Notes under the pieces: model-generated
Seen by the model: the letters and a program-made list of their open reading frames with translations, nothing else
Told to the model about the DNA's origin: nothing
Databases searched by the model: none
NCBI GenBank assembly: GCA_000681355.2
Contig: JJNX02000001.1
Coordinates: forward strand, 1,555-65,554
DNA: 64,000 bases
Source of the DNA: Peptococcaceae bacterium SCADC1_2_3
GTDB taxonomy: Bacteria > Bacillota > Desulfotomaculia > Desulfotomaculales > Nap2-2B
Direction: 5' to 3'
Program-made: the position numbers and the translations under genes
In this document: piece by piece, positions 41,367 to 51,329 of the stretch
Layout of the letters: each line of letters begins with the position of its first letter
Position numbering within the stretch: the first letter of the stretch is position 1

Positions 41367-42772
41367 GCGGTTTGTTTTAAATGCCGCTGGAAAAAGGAAA
41401 ATATCATTAGAATAAGTTTAACTAAAGGATTTTTAAGCAGGGCTTTGTGTTTTTGATTTTCTTTTTTAAAAAAAGTTAATTCTTTTTGGATTAAAAGAAG
41501 GGAACGTTGCTGTTCCTGTTCTTTTTCTAAAACCTCCTTTAGCGAGTTATTTAAAAAATCAATTTCAGACTGGTACTGACGCTCTTGTTGAATTGTTTTT
41601 TCTTGAGATCGCTCCAGTTTTTGACGCAACTCAACAATTTCATTTTGCAATTCCGCAATACGGGTAGTATAATGCTCCTTTAAACTAGTCATTTCTATTT
41701 TATTCCTGCGCTCATTATCTTCCTTATCTTGAATTTTAGTAGCTAATAAGGCTATATTACCTAAGCTATCCTTTAAGGCTTTCCGTAACTCTGTTCTTTC
41801 GTTTTCACCGGTACGGGTTCGTTCTACCCAAAGCCTGCACTGGCAAAGAATGCTGTTGGCTTTAGCTTCCAGTTTATTAATGTGCTCCCGGTAGCGAAAT
41901 ATTTCCTTTTTGCGCAAAGATAAAAGTAAATCTTTCTCAGCCATTTGAGTAACCAGGTATTCTTGCCGGTAATTATCTTCCGTCTTTTGGGCCAAAGCAG
42001 CAGCCACTTCCTGGTGGGATATATTTACCTCGTGAAGTTGTTTTTTCAGTAAAATTAATCTGTTTCGCCAGTACTCTCTTTCTTTATTACGGCGATCCCT
42101 TTGTTTTTTTAAAGCCCAAAGATAACGGTCAATCAGCCTTTCGTAAGCCACCCGGATGGCAGATTCATACACCCAAAGTTCTTGTTCTCTAAGTTCAAAG
42201 TAAGGGTACTTTTGCAATACCTCCTTTACGGCAGGTAAGTTTACCTTTCGCCAGGAATATATAAATTCAAAAATTTGGGGTAAGCTTAGACCCGCCGGAT
42301 GCTTTTTTAAAGCATTAATTACTAGATGTTTTACCGAATAATTTGCGGCTTTCACAACCCATTGGGTAAGACCCCAATAATCATTATCCAACTGAATAAA
42401 ACGACCATCAGAAATTAAACTTGCCTCTTCAGCCACTAAACGGCGTATTTTTTTATTTTTATTTTTTCCGTTAAACTTATTGTTAAATATTTCTTTAATG
42501 TTTAAAGGTTGCCCGTGTTTTAAAAATAACGTATAAAAATCATCGTTGCAACGTAATCCCTCGGTATTAAGGTGCCACATATTTTCCGAAACCAGATAAA
42601 AACAAGGGTGCTGTTGCAAACAAAGGCCAATTCTTTCTTTAACCTGCGCTAAACTATAATCTTTTAACATTTTCTGATGAATATAGGGTGTTAATTCCGC
42701 TACCGTCATGCTCTCAAAAAAATATAAATTTTTTTTAAGTTCATCGGTTAAGGAAAACAGTTCTCCGTTCAC
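41363..42772 (-). CDS. Hypothetical protein with N-terminal winged-helix-like repeats and a long C-terminal coiled coil
   Basis: DGRFIQL...WGL..W resembles RNAP-delta/HARE-HTH; heptad-rich C-terminal half. Confidence 0.7.
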   Translation of the reverse strand: MNGELFSLTDELKKNLYFFESMTVAELTPYIHQKMLKDYSLAQVKERIGLCLQQHPCFYLVSENMWHLNTEGLRCNDDFYTLFLKHGQPLNIKEIFNNKFNGKNKNKKIRRLVAEEASLISDGRFIQLDNDYWGLTQWVVKAANYSVKHLVINALKKHPAGLSLPQIFEFIYSWRKVNLPAVKEVLQKYPYFELREQELWVYESAIRVAYERLIDRYLWALKKQRDRRNKEREYWRNRLILLKKQLHEVNISHQEVAAALAQKTEDNYRQEYLVTQMAEKDLLLSLRKKEIFRYREHINKLEAKANSILCQCRLWVERTRTGENERTELRKALKDSLGNIALLATKIQDKEDNERRNKIEMTSLKEHYTTRIAELQNEIVELRQKLERSQEKTIQQERQYQSEIDFLNNSLKEVLEKEQEQQRSLLLIQKELTFFKKENQKHKALLKNPLVKLILMIFSFFQRHLKQTA

Positions 42773-42961
42773 TTTAAGTCTACCTTCCTTTTTATGGATT
42801 ATATATTTAATTATTCACTGGAAATAACTGTTTTCCTTCTTGTATAGGTAAGAAAATTCCACAATATTCCTACACGCATCACCAATATTATGGCTAATAT
42901 TACTGTATATAATTTTGGGCGACCAAATATACCAGAATATGTCAATAAATTCTCCCGAAGA

Positions 42962-43032
42962 CAAGGGGTCGGTTCAAGCGTCCCCGAAACGGAGCGAAGG
43001 GCCGAAGGGAAGACGATGGAACCGTCCCCTTG
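42962..43032. repeat. REP-like inverted repeat (CAAGGGGTCGGTTC ... GAACCGTCCCCTTG)
   Basis: 14-bp imperfect inverted arms; the core resembles the GAACGTCCCC REPs flanking RAYT. Confidence 0.6.
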
Positions 43033-43066
43033 GCATAAAGGAGGTGAATTTACCTTCCTACGAAGG

Positions 43067-44557
<1,491 letters not shown>

Positions 44558-45574
44558 TTAACAAATGCGAGGTAAAGGGGCGCCGGTTAGCATATTTATT
44601 TTTCTGGTGCCGCCAAAGGCGGTTTTTAAATATACATTACCCCGGGTGTTTTTTGCCGCCACTTCACCAACTATATTGGCTTGACTTCCCAATTCATCTT
44701 TTTTTAAAAGCTGAACGACTTTTTCTGCTTCTTCAGGGGCAACCACAACTAAAAATTTCCCCTCATTAGCCAGATACAAAGGGTCTAAACCTAGAAAATC
44801 AGCTATAGTACGCACTGTTTCGTTTACCGGTATGTTTTCTTCTGCCAGCCAAAAATCAACCCGGGCTGCCTGGGCAACTTCTTTTAACACGGTGGCCAGA
44901 CCGCCCCGGGTTAAGTCCCGCATAAATTTAATCCCGGTTGTTTCATTTAAAAGCTTACCTATAAGCTGGTGGAGAAAAGCACAATCGCTTATTATTTGAT
45001 TATTTAAACCCAGCCCTTCTCTTTGGGTTAGAATAGCTAAACCATGATCGCCTAAACTCCCGTTAACAATTAATTTATCTTTTTCTTCTATGCGGTGGTA
45101 GCCTAAATCTACTCCTGCCGGAAGATAACCAATACCGGTGGTATTAATAAATATTTTGTCGGCCTGATTACGGGGGACTACTTTGGTATCGCCGGCAATA
45201 ATTTTTACGCCGGCCTCCTCACAGGTATGAGCCATTGAAGCAACTATCTTTTCCAAATCCGCCATTAAAAGACCCTCTTCAATAATAAAGGCGGCCGTCA
45301 GGTAAAGTGGAATGGCGCCGCTTACGGCTAAATCGTTAATTGTACCGCAAATGGCGAGCTTACCAATATTCCCTCCCGCAAAAAAAATTGGGTCAACCAC
45401 AAAAGAATCGGTGGTTAGCGCTAAGTTTTCCGACGCGCCGGGAAAAATAGCCGCGTCAGAAAAAGTACCTAAAATTTCATTGTAAAAATAACGGGAAAAA
45501 AGCCCTTCAATAAGTTCATGGGTTAAAAGACCACCATCTCCGTGGGCCAACAAAATACTTTGGTTGTTTTGCAC
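44558..45574 (-). CDS. hypE: Hydrogenase maturation protein HypE
   Basis: LAHGDGG, TTDSFVV, GDTKVV, RDLTRGG, ANEG and C-terminal PRIC. Confidence 0.93.
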   Translation of the reverse strand: MQNNQSILLAHGDGGLLTHELIEGLFSRYFYNEILGTFSDAAIFPGASENLALTTDSFVVDPIFFAGGNIGKLAICGTINDLAVSGAIPLYLTAAFIIEEGLLMADLEKIVASMAHTCEEAGVKIIAGDTKVVPRNQADKIFINTTGIGYLPAGVDLGYHRIEEKDKLIVNGSLGDHGLAILTQREGLGLNNQIISDCAFLHQLIGKLLNETTGIKFMRDLTRGGLATVLKEVAQAARVDFWLAEENIPVNETVRTIADFLGLDPLYLANEGKFLVVVAPEEAEKVVQLLKKDELGSQANIVGEVAAKNTRGNVYLKTAFGGTRKINMLTGAPLPRIC

Positions 45575-45653
45575 TGCTTGCTCCTTTTCCTAAAGGTAAA
45601 TTTTTTTTATTTTATCACGGAAAAACTTTAAAGAAAAGACCAGGCAATAGACA

Positions 45654-47063
45654 TTAAAAATATAAATCACGTTCCCCTTGCTCCAGCCGCTTTAATCTTT
45701 TTTCCGTTTCCCGGCGTACCGCCGGATTAGGAATTTCTTTTAGGTGTTCGGCAATTGTTTTCTCCCCTAATTCCTTTGTTTCTGGCGAGGCATAATCAAG
45801 CAAAAATTCTTTAAAAGTTAGAATAGCGTTAGGTTGACAAACATTTTGAATCTGACCACTCTTAGCTAAAGGCATAAACCGGTCCCCCGTGCGCCCTTTA
45901 CGGTAACAGGCCGTACAAAAACTAGGAATGTAGCCTGCCAGGCAAATACTCCGCAGTACTTCATCTGGGCTGCGTTGATCCTCGATCTGGAATTGACCTG
46001 TTAACGGTCCTTCTATTTCTTTATGATACCCTCCTACCCCCGTACAGGAACCGGCACTTAACTGGGAAATACCCAAAGATATTATTTCATCCCTAAATTC
46101 TGCCCGCTCCCTGGTGGATAAAATCATCCCCGTATAAGGAACCGCCAGACGAATAACCGCAACTAGCTTTTTAAAATCCTTATCGCTTACTAAAAAAGGA
46201 AAATATGCCAGGTCTACTCCAGCCGCCGGACGAAGTCTGGGAACAGATATGGTATGGCACCCAACCCCGAAACGTTCCTCTAAATGTAAGGCGTGAAAAA
46301 GAAGCCCTAAGACCTCAAATTTATAATCATACAAGCCAAACAACACCCCAAAACCTACGTCATCTATACCGCCCTCCATAGCCCGGTCCATAGCCGTAAG
46401 ATGCCAGTCATAATCTTTTTTTGGCCCGGAAGGATGCACCATCTGGTAAGTAGGGCGGTGGTAAGTTTCTTGAAATAAAATATAGGTGCCAATGCCTGCT
46501 TCTTTTAATTTACGGTAGTTCTCTACCGTAGTAGCGGCAATATTTACGTTAACCCGGCGAATGCTCCCCCTTTTTTCTTTGACGGCATAAATGATTTTTA
46601 TTACCTCTAATATATAGTCAAGAGGACAATTTTTCGGGTCCTCCCCTACTTCTAAGGCCAGACGTTTATGGCCCATGGCTTCCAAGGCAATTACTTCTTT
46701 TTCCAACTCATCTAAATCAAGCCGGCAACGCTTTATTTCTTTATTATCTTTCCTGTATCCGCAGTAAACACAGTTGTTAATACAATAATTGCTAATGTAC
46801 AAAGGGGCAAAAAAGACCATCCTTTTACCGTATATACTCTTCTTTACTTCATAGGCAGCCTCATAAATTAACCGTAAGGTATCTTCGTCCTCATTTTGGA
46901 GCAGTACGGCAGCCTCAAAAGGAGTAAGTCCTTTAGCATCTTTACCTTTGGCAATAATTTCCCGGACTAGGGCCACCGGTGCTTCTTTAGCTTTATCAAG
47001 TAAATCATAAATCACCTGCTCGTTAATAAAATCGGTTGTTTGGCTTAGTTCTTTAACTTTCAT
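45654..47063 (-). CDS. hydG: FeFe-hydrogenase radical SAM maturase HydG
   Basis: CINNCVYC, YILFQETY, HTISVPR and the C-terminal CTACYR cluster motif. Confidence 0.96.
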   Translation of the reverse strand: MKVKELSQTTDFINEQVIYDLLDKAKEAPVALVREIIAKGKDAKGLTPFEAAVLLQNEDEDTLRLIYEAAYEVKKSIYGKRMVFFAPLYISNYCINNCVYCGYRKDNKEIKRCRLDLDELEKEVIALEAMGHKRLALEVGEDPKNCPLDYILEVIKIIYAVKEKRGSIRRVNVNIAATTVENYRKLKEAGIGTYILFQETYHRPTYQMVHPSGPKKDYDWHLTAMDRAMEGGIDDVGFGVLFGLYDYKFEVLGLLFHALHLEERFGVGCHTISVPRLRPAAGVDLAYFPFLVSDKDFKKLVAVIRLAVPYTGMILSTRERAEFRDEIISLGISQLSAGSCTGVGGYHKEIEGPLTGQFQIEDQRSPDEVLRSICLAGYIPSFCTACYRKGRTGDRFMPLAKSGQIQNVCQPNAILTFKEFLLDYASPETKELGEKTIAEHLKEIPNPAVRRETEKRLKRLEQGERDLYF

Positions 47064-47065
47064 TG

Positions 47066-48124
47066 TTACTCACATCCTTCTTTGTATTTTGGGCTGTGAC
47101 CATAATCTTGCGCCACCCCTCTTCCTAACTGCCGGATAATATTAGAAATATTTGCCACGGATTCGGTTGTTTCCTCCGTAAGACAAATTTTATTAGGGTA
47201 TATCTGGTAACGTTCTCTGTATTTAACCGGCGTTACATTGGGCATAACTACATTAGCCCCGCATTGTAGGGCCATTTGCCGGCCTTGGGGGTGAATGCTG
47301 GCCAGTGCCGTGGTTGCCGGCAAATGCGTTAAAGGTAGAACAAGACGCGTAATGGCCAGTACCTTTAAGGTAGTTTTTACTTCACCACCGACGCAATTTT
47401 TTAAAGGAGTTTGGTGATGGGGAATGAAAGGACCAATTCCGGCCATCTCCACATCCAGTTCCCGCAATAAAAGAATATCGTCAGCCAGCGTCTCACAAGT
47501 CTGTCCAGGCAAACCAACCATATTTCCTGCCCCTACCTGAAACCCTAACTCTTTAAGCCAGTAAAGCCGTTTTATCCTACCGGCAAAAGTTGTACCGGGG
47601 CGCAGGCGGGAAAATAAATTGGCGTCAGTTGTTTCGTGTTTTAAAAGATAACGGTCAGCCCCGGCTTGTTTCATTAAACGGTAATCTTTTTTGGACCGGT
47701 CCCCAACAGATACGGTAACGGCTACGCCGGTTTCTGCCTTAAGGCGGGCTATAATTTGGGCCAGCATTTCTCCGGTATAAAAAGGATCTTCTCCCGACTG
47801 CAAAACTATCGTTTTAAGACCCAGCTTTGCCGCCTGATTGCCAGTTTTTATTATTTCTGACTCACTCAGGCGGTAACGGTCGAGTTTTTGGTTATCCCTT
47901 CTCAGGCCGCAATACAAGCAGTTCTTTACGCAATAATTAGAAAATTCAATGATTCCTCTTAAGTGCACCTCGTCTCCCACGTACTGGTAACGAACCTGAT
48001 CAGCAAGCTTAAAAAGTAAAGAATCTTCTTCCTTACCAAGACTTAAAAGAGAGAGAATGTCTTCCCGGAGAAGGTTTTCGCCTCTGGTGGCCTTATTTAA
48101 GGTCTCCGGCATAACAACGTTCAT
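47066..48124 (-). CDS. hydE: FeFe-hydrogenase radical SAM maturase HydE
   Basis: RGIIEFSNYCVKNCLYC, GIGPFIPH, PATTA and GANVVMPN. Confidence 0.95.
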   Translation of the reverse strand: MNVVMPETLNKATRGENLLREDILSLLSLGKEEDSLLFKLADQVRYQYVGDEVHLRGIIEFSNYCVKNCLYCGLRRDNQKLDRYRLSESEIIKTGNQAAKLGLKTIVLQSGEDPFYTGEMLAQIIARLKAETGVAVTVSVGDRSKKDYRLMKQAGADRYLLKHETTDANLFSRLRPGTTFAGRIKRLYWLKELGFQVGAGNMVGLPGQTCETLADDILLLRELDVEMAGIGPFIPHHQTPLKNCVGGEVKTTLKVLAITRLVLPLTHLPATTALASIHPQGRQMALQCGANVVMPNVTPVKYRERYQIYPNKICLTEETTESVANISNIIRQLGRGVAQDYGHSPKYKEGCE

Positions 48125-49379
48125 CCTTTTCCTCCTCTGCTTCTTCCAAATTCTGGGCCGCCTCGGGAAATGGTGCCAGTGCCCGTTTTAAGATTCCGTG
48201 GACGTAAGCAATAAGCACCCCGTAGTTAACGATAGGCACCCCGGTGGCTTTAGCTTGCATAAGCCGGTGCAGCATTTCCTTGCGGTTAATCATACAAGCG
48301 CCACAATGGATGATTAGCTTATAATCCTTTAGGTTAGCCGGTAGTTCCAAACCACTCGCCCAGTTGAACTCTAGCGGTCCCCCCACAACTTGTCTTAGCC
48401 AGCGGGGAATTTTTACCGTGCCAATATCATCTTCCACCCGGTGGTGAGTACAGGCTTCGGCAATTAAAACCTTATCTCCCGGTTCTAGCTCTTCAATGGC
48501 TTTTGCACCGGCTACCAATGTTGGTAAATCCCCTTTGTAGCGGGCAAATAATATGGAAAAGGAGGTTAAGAGCACATCCTTGGGTGTGTCCGCGGCTACC
48601 TTTAAAAAAGCCTGAGAATCAGTAACCACCAGACGCGGTTTGCTTTTTATACCGGCCAGAGCTGCTTTTAATTCTCTTTCTTTAACCACTATAGCCAGAG
48701 CATCATGGTCTAAAATGTCCCGGATTGTTTGAACCTGAGGTAAAATTAACCTTCCCTTAGGGGCAGCCAGGTCAATAGGCACCACCAGGACCACTGTATC
48801 TCCCGGTGAAATTAAGTCACCTAAAATGGTGGGAGTTACCCAATCCTTTGGTGCGGCTTTAATCATAGCTAATTTAAGCGCCTCAATTCCCTGTTTGGTT
48901 GAAGCACTGACGGCAACGACAGGCAAAACTAATTGTTTGCTTAGTAGGGGCGTTAAATTTTGCGCCTCTTGCGGATAAAGGTCTATTTTATTGAGCACCC
49001 CTATTACGGGTACGTTATTTTCTTTGGCCCGGGCAATAACCTCTTCTTCATAAATCCCGGCTTCTAAAGCCGGGTCTATAACCAGCAACATCAAATCTGT
49101 TTTTGCCAACACGGCTAAAGCTTTTTCAATGCGCAAAGCACCTAGTTGGCCCACGTCATCAATCCCGGCCGTATCAATAAGCACTACCGGGCCCAGGGGA
49201 AGTATTTCCATTGATTTATAAACCGGATCGGTGGTTGTACCCGGAATAGCCGAAACAATTGCTATATTTTGGTTAGTTAAGGCGTTAATTAAACTGGACT
49301 TACCCGCATTACGGCGGCCAAAAATAGCAATATGCAAGCGGCTGCCCCGCGGCGTTTGATTTAAAGTTGTATCTGCCAT
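48093..49379 (-). CDS. hydF: FeFe-hydrogenase maturation GTPase HydF
   Basis: GRRNAGKSS, DTAG, NKID, EACTHH and HCGACM. Confidence 0.96.
   Translation of the reverse strand: MADTTLNQTPRGSRLHIAIFGRRNAGKSSLINALTNQNIAIVSAIPGTTTDPVYKSMEILPLGPVVLIDTAGIDDVGQLGALRIEKALAVLAKTDLMLLVIDPALEAGIYEEEVIARAKENNVPVIGVLNKIDLYPQEAQNLTPLLSKQLVLPVVAVSASTKQGIEALKLAMIKAAPKDWVTPTILGDLISPGDTVVLVVPIDLAAPKGRLILPQVQTIRDILDHDALAIVVKERELKAALAGIKSKPRLVVTDSQAFLKVAADTPKDVLLTSFSILFARYKGDLPTLVAGAKAIEELEPGDKVLIAEACTHHRVEDDIGTVKIPRWLRQVVGGPLEFNWASGLELPANLKDYKLIIHCGACMINRKEMLHRLMQAKATGVPIVNYGVLIAYVHGILKRALAPFPEAAQNLEEAEEEKDERCYAGDLK
48944..48972. repeat. Degenerate REP palindrome copy lying inside the hydF coding sequence
   Basis: GTAGGGGCGTTAAATTTTGCGCCTCTTGC; the first 17 nt are identical to the REP consensus. 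Confidence 0.7.
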
Positions 49380-49393
49380 TTAAAATCCCTCCT

Positions 49394-49421
49394 GTGGGGG
49401 CGTTAAATTTAACGCTCCTAC
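49394..49421. repeat. 28-bp REP palindrome between aspA and the hydF RBS
   Basis: GTGGGGGCGTTAAATTTAACGCTCCTAC. Confidence 0.8.
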
Positions 49422-49437
49422 TTGCTCTATAATTTAC

Positions 49438-50874
49438 CTAAACCTCATTCTTTCTTTTTAATTTATCCTTAAGCTCACGCGCCCCGGCAATTCCCGGCCG
49501 GGTAAGTTCAGCCGGGGAAAATATAGCGGCCAGTTCTTCGGCTTTAAATAATCCGTTTTCTACCGCTACTTCCTGAATTGTCTTTCCCGTGGCGGCTGCT
49601 TGTTTATATAAATTCGCAGCCTTACCATAACCAATATAAGGGGCTAGAGCCGTAGTCAAACATAAGCTTTCTTCCAGCCAGTGCCGGCAGCGTTCTTCAT
49701 TTGCCCGGATTCCTTCCACACAATGGGTGCGCAAAATATTGACGGCATTAATAAGCAGTCTCAAGGTGGTTAAAATATTAAAAGCAATTAAGGGCAAAAA
49801 AGCATTTAATTCTAGTTGTCCGGAGGCAGCAGCCAGGGTAGTTGCCTGATCAAAGCACATTACTTGAAAAGCCACCTGGGTAACCATTTCCGGAATTACC
49901 GGATTAACTTTGCCTGGCATAATGGAAGAACCCGCCTGTCTTTGGGGTAAGGCAATCTCGGCTAACCCCCCGCGTGGTCCGGCCGAAAGCAACCTTAAAT
50001 CACCGGTTATTTTTGCCAGGTTTACCGCCGCGGCCTTAACTAATCCGGACACTTCAACAAAGACATCTGCATTTTGGGTAGCATCCACCATATTCTCCGC
50101 CCTGGCTATCCCCAAGCCGGTAATGTTCTGCAATTCTTCAATGGCGGTGTAAATGTACTCCCGTTGGGCGTTTAAGCCTGTACCTACTGCTGTGCCCCCT
50201 AAATTTACCTGCCTTAACCGCTCCTCTACTTTAAATAGTCGCCAGCGGTCACGGGCAATGGCCTCCGCAAAAGCACCAAATTCCTGACCCAGTGTAATGG
50301 GTACCGCATCCTGCATTTCCGTGCGGCCCAGTTTAAGAAGGTGGGCAAAAGCTGCCTCCTTTTCCTGCAGGGCCCCCTGAAGCTGGGCTATAACTTCGCT
50401 TAAAGTTAGAACCAGCCTGATGGCCGCAATTTTTAAGGCCGTCGGGTAAACATCGTTGGTAGACTGGGATAGATTAACGTGGTCTAAAGGATGCACCAGG
50501 TGATAATCGCCCTTCTTTCCCCCTAAAATCTCAATGGCCCGGTTAGCCAGCACTTCATTCATGTTCATATTGGTGGAAGTGCCGGCTCCCCCTTGAAAGG
50601 CATCGGTAATAAACTGGTCCCCCAATTTTCCTTCCGCCACCTCAGCGGCGGCTTGAACAATGGCCTTAGCTATTTCCGGAGCTAGTAAATTTGCGCGTTC
50701 ATTAGCCAACGCGCAAGCCTGCTTAACCTGAGCCAGCGCCTGGATCAACTCTGCGGGTACCTTAAACCCGGAAACCGGAAAATTATGGACGGCCCGCATA
50801 GTATGAATACCATAATAGGCTTCGGCAGGAATAGGCAGCTCTCCTAAAAAATCTTCTTCCAACCGGTAGGACAT
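49438..50874 (-). CDS. aspA: Aspartate ammonia-lyase (hydrogenase-maturation associated)
   Basis: GGAGTSTNMN, SQSTND and GSSIMPGKVNP. Confidence 0.9.
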   Translation of the reverse strand: MSYRLEEDFLGELPIPAEAYYGIHTMRAVHNFPVSGFKVPAELIQALAQVKQACALANERANLLAPEIAKAIVQAAAEVAEGKLGDQFITDAFQGGAGTSTNMNMNEVLANRAIEILGGKKGDYHLVHPLDHVNLSQSTNDVYPTALKIAAIRLVLTLSEVIAQLQGALQEKEAAFAHLLKLGRTEMQDAVPITLGQEFGAFAEAIARDRWRLFKVEERLRQVNLGGTAVGTGLNAQREYIYTAIEELQNITGLGIARAENMVDATQNADVFVEVSGLVKAAAVNLAKITGDLRLLSAGPRGGLAEIALPQRQAGSSIMPGKVNPVIPEMVTQVAFQVMCFDQATTLAAASGQLELNAFLPLIAFNILTTLRLLINAVNILRTHCVEGIRANEERCRHWLEESLCLTTALAPYIGYGKAANLYKQAAATGKTIQEVAVENGLFKAEELAAIFSPAELTRPGIAGARELKDKLKRKNEV

Positions 50875-50898
50875 TTTTACCCTCCTTTAAAATAGATT

Positions 50899-51159
50899 TT
50901 ACTTGGAAACAAGGGCGGTTTTTACTTGTACGCCTTTTAAACTACCTAACTTACCCGTCATGGCCCCAATTTCATCTGTGTTTCCTTCAAGGATTAAAGC
51001 TATTACTCCCAGGTTTTTTTCCCGGTAAGGAATACCCATCCGTCCAATAATAATTTGAGCATATTCACTTAAAATATTATTAACGTTAGCCGCCTGGTTT
51101 TTGCGGTCAGTTATCACCACGCCTACTACCCCAATTCGTGTTTGGGTCAATTTATCCAA
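50899..51159 (-). CDS. TM1266-family iron-only hydrogenase system regulator (ACT-like)
   Basis: IIGRMGIPY and GKLGSLKGVQVK; first gene of the maturation operon. Confidence 0.88.
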   Translation of the reverse strand: MDKLTQTRIGVVGVVITDRKNQAANVNNILSEYAQIIIGRMGIPYREKNLGVIALILEGNTDEIGAMTGKLGSLKGVQVKTALVSK

Positions 51160-51185
51160 TTCCTCCCCTTGTCTGCCCCTAAATC

Positions 51186-51295
51186 AAAAAGGTCTACTTT
51201 TCACTACGAGAAAAGTAGACCTTAAACAAAAATAACCTTTCTTTTTCCCTAACCCCTTGGTATCAGGCCATCCCTTCTCGCAGGGCTTACTTTGA
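51186..51295 (-). promoter_or_regulatory. Leader with an intrinsic terminator and a complementary upstream hairpin loop (candidate riboswitch/attenuator)
   Basis: 14-bp stem AAGGUCUACUUUUC/GAAAAGUAGACCUU plus U-tract at 51223-51186. Upstream CUGCGAGAA can pair with UUCUCGUAG across the terminator loop. Confidence 0.6.
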
Positions 51296-51329
51296 TTTAA
51301 ATTAATTATAAAACAAATCTTTTACTTTT

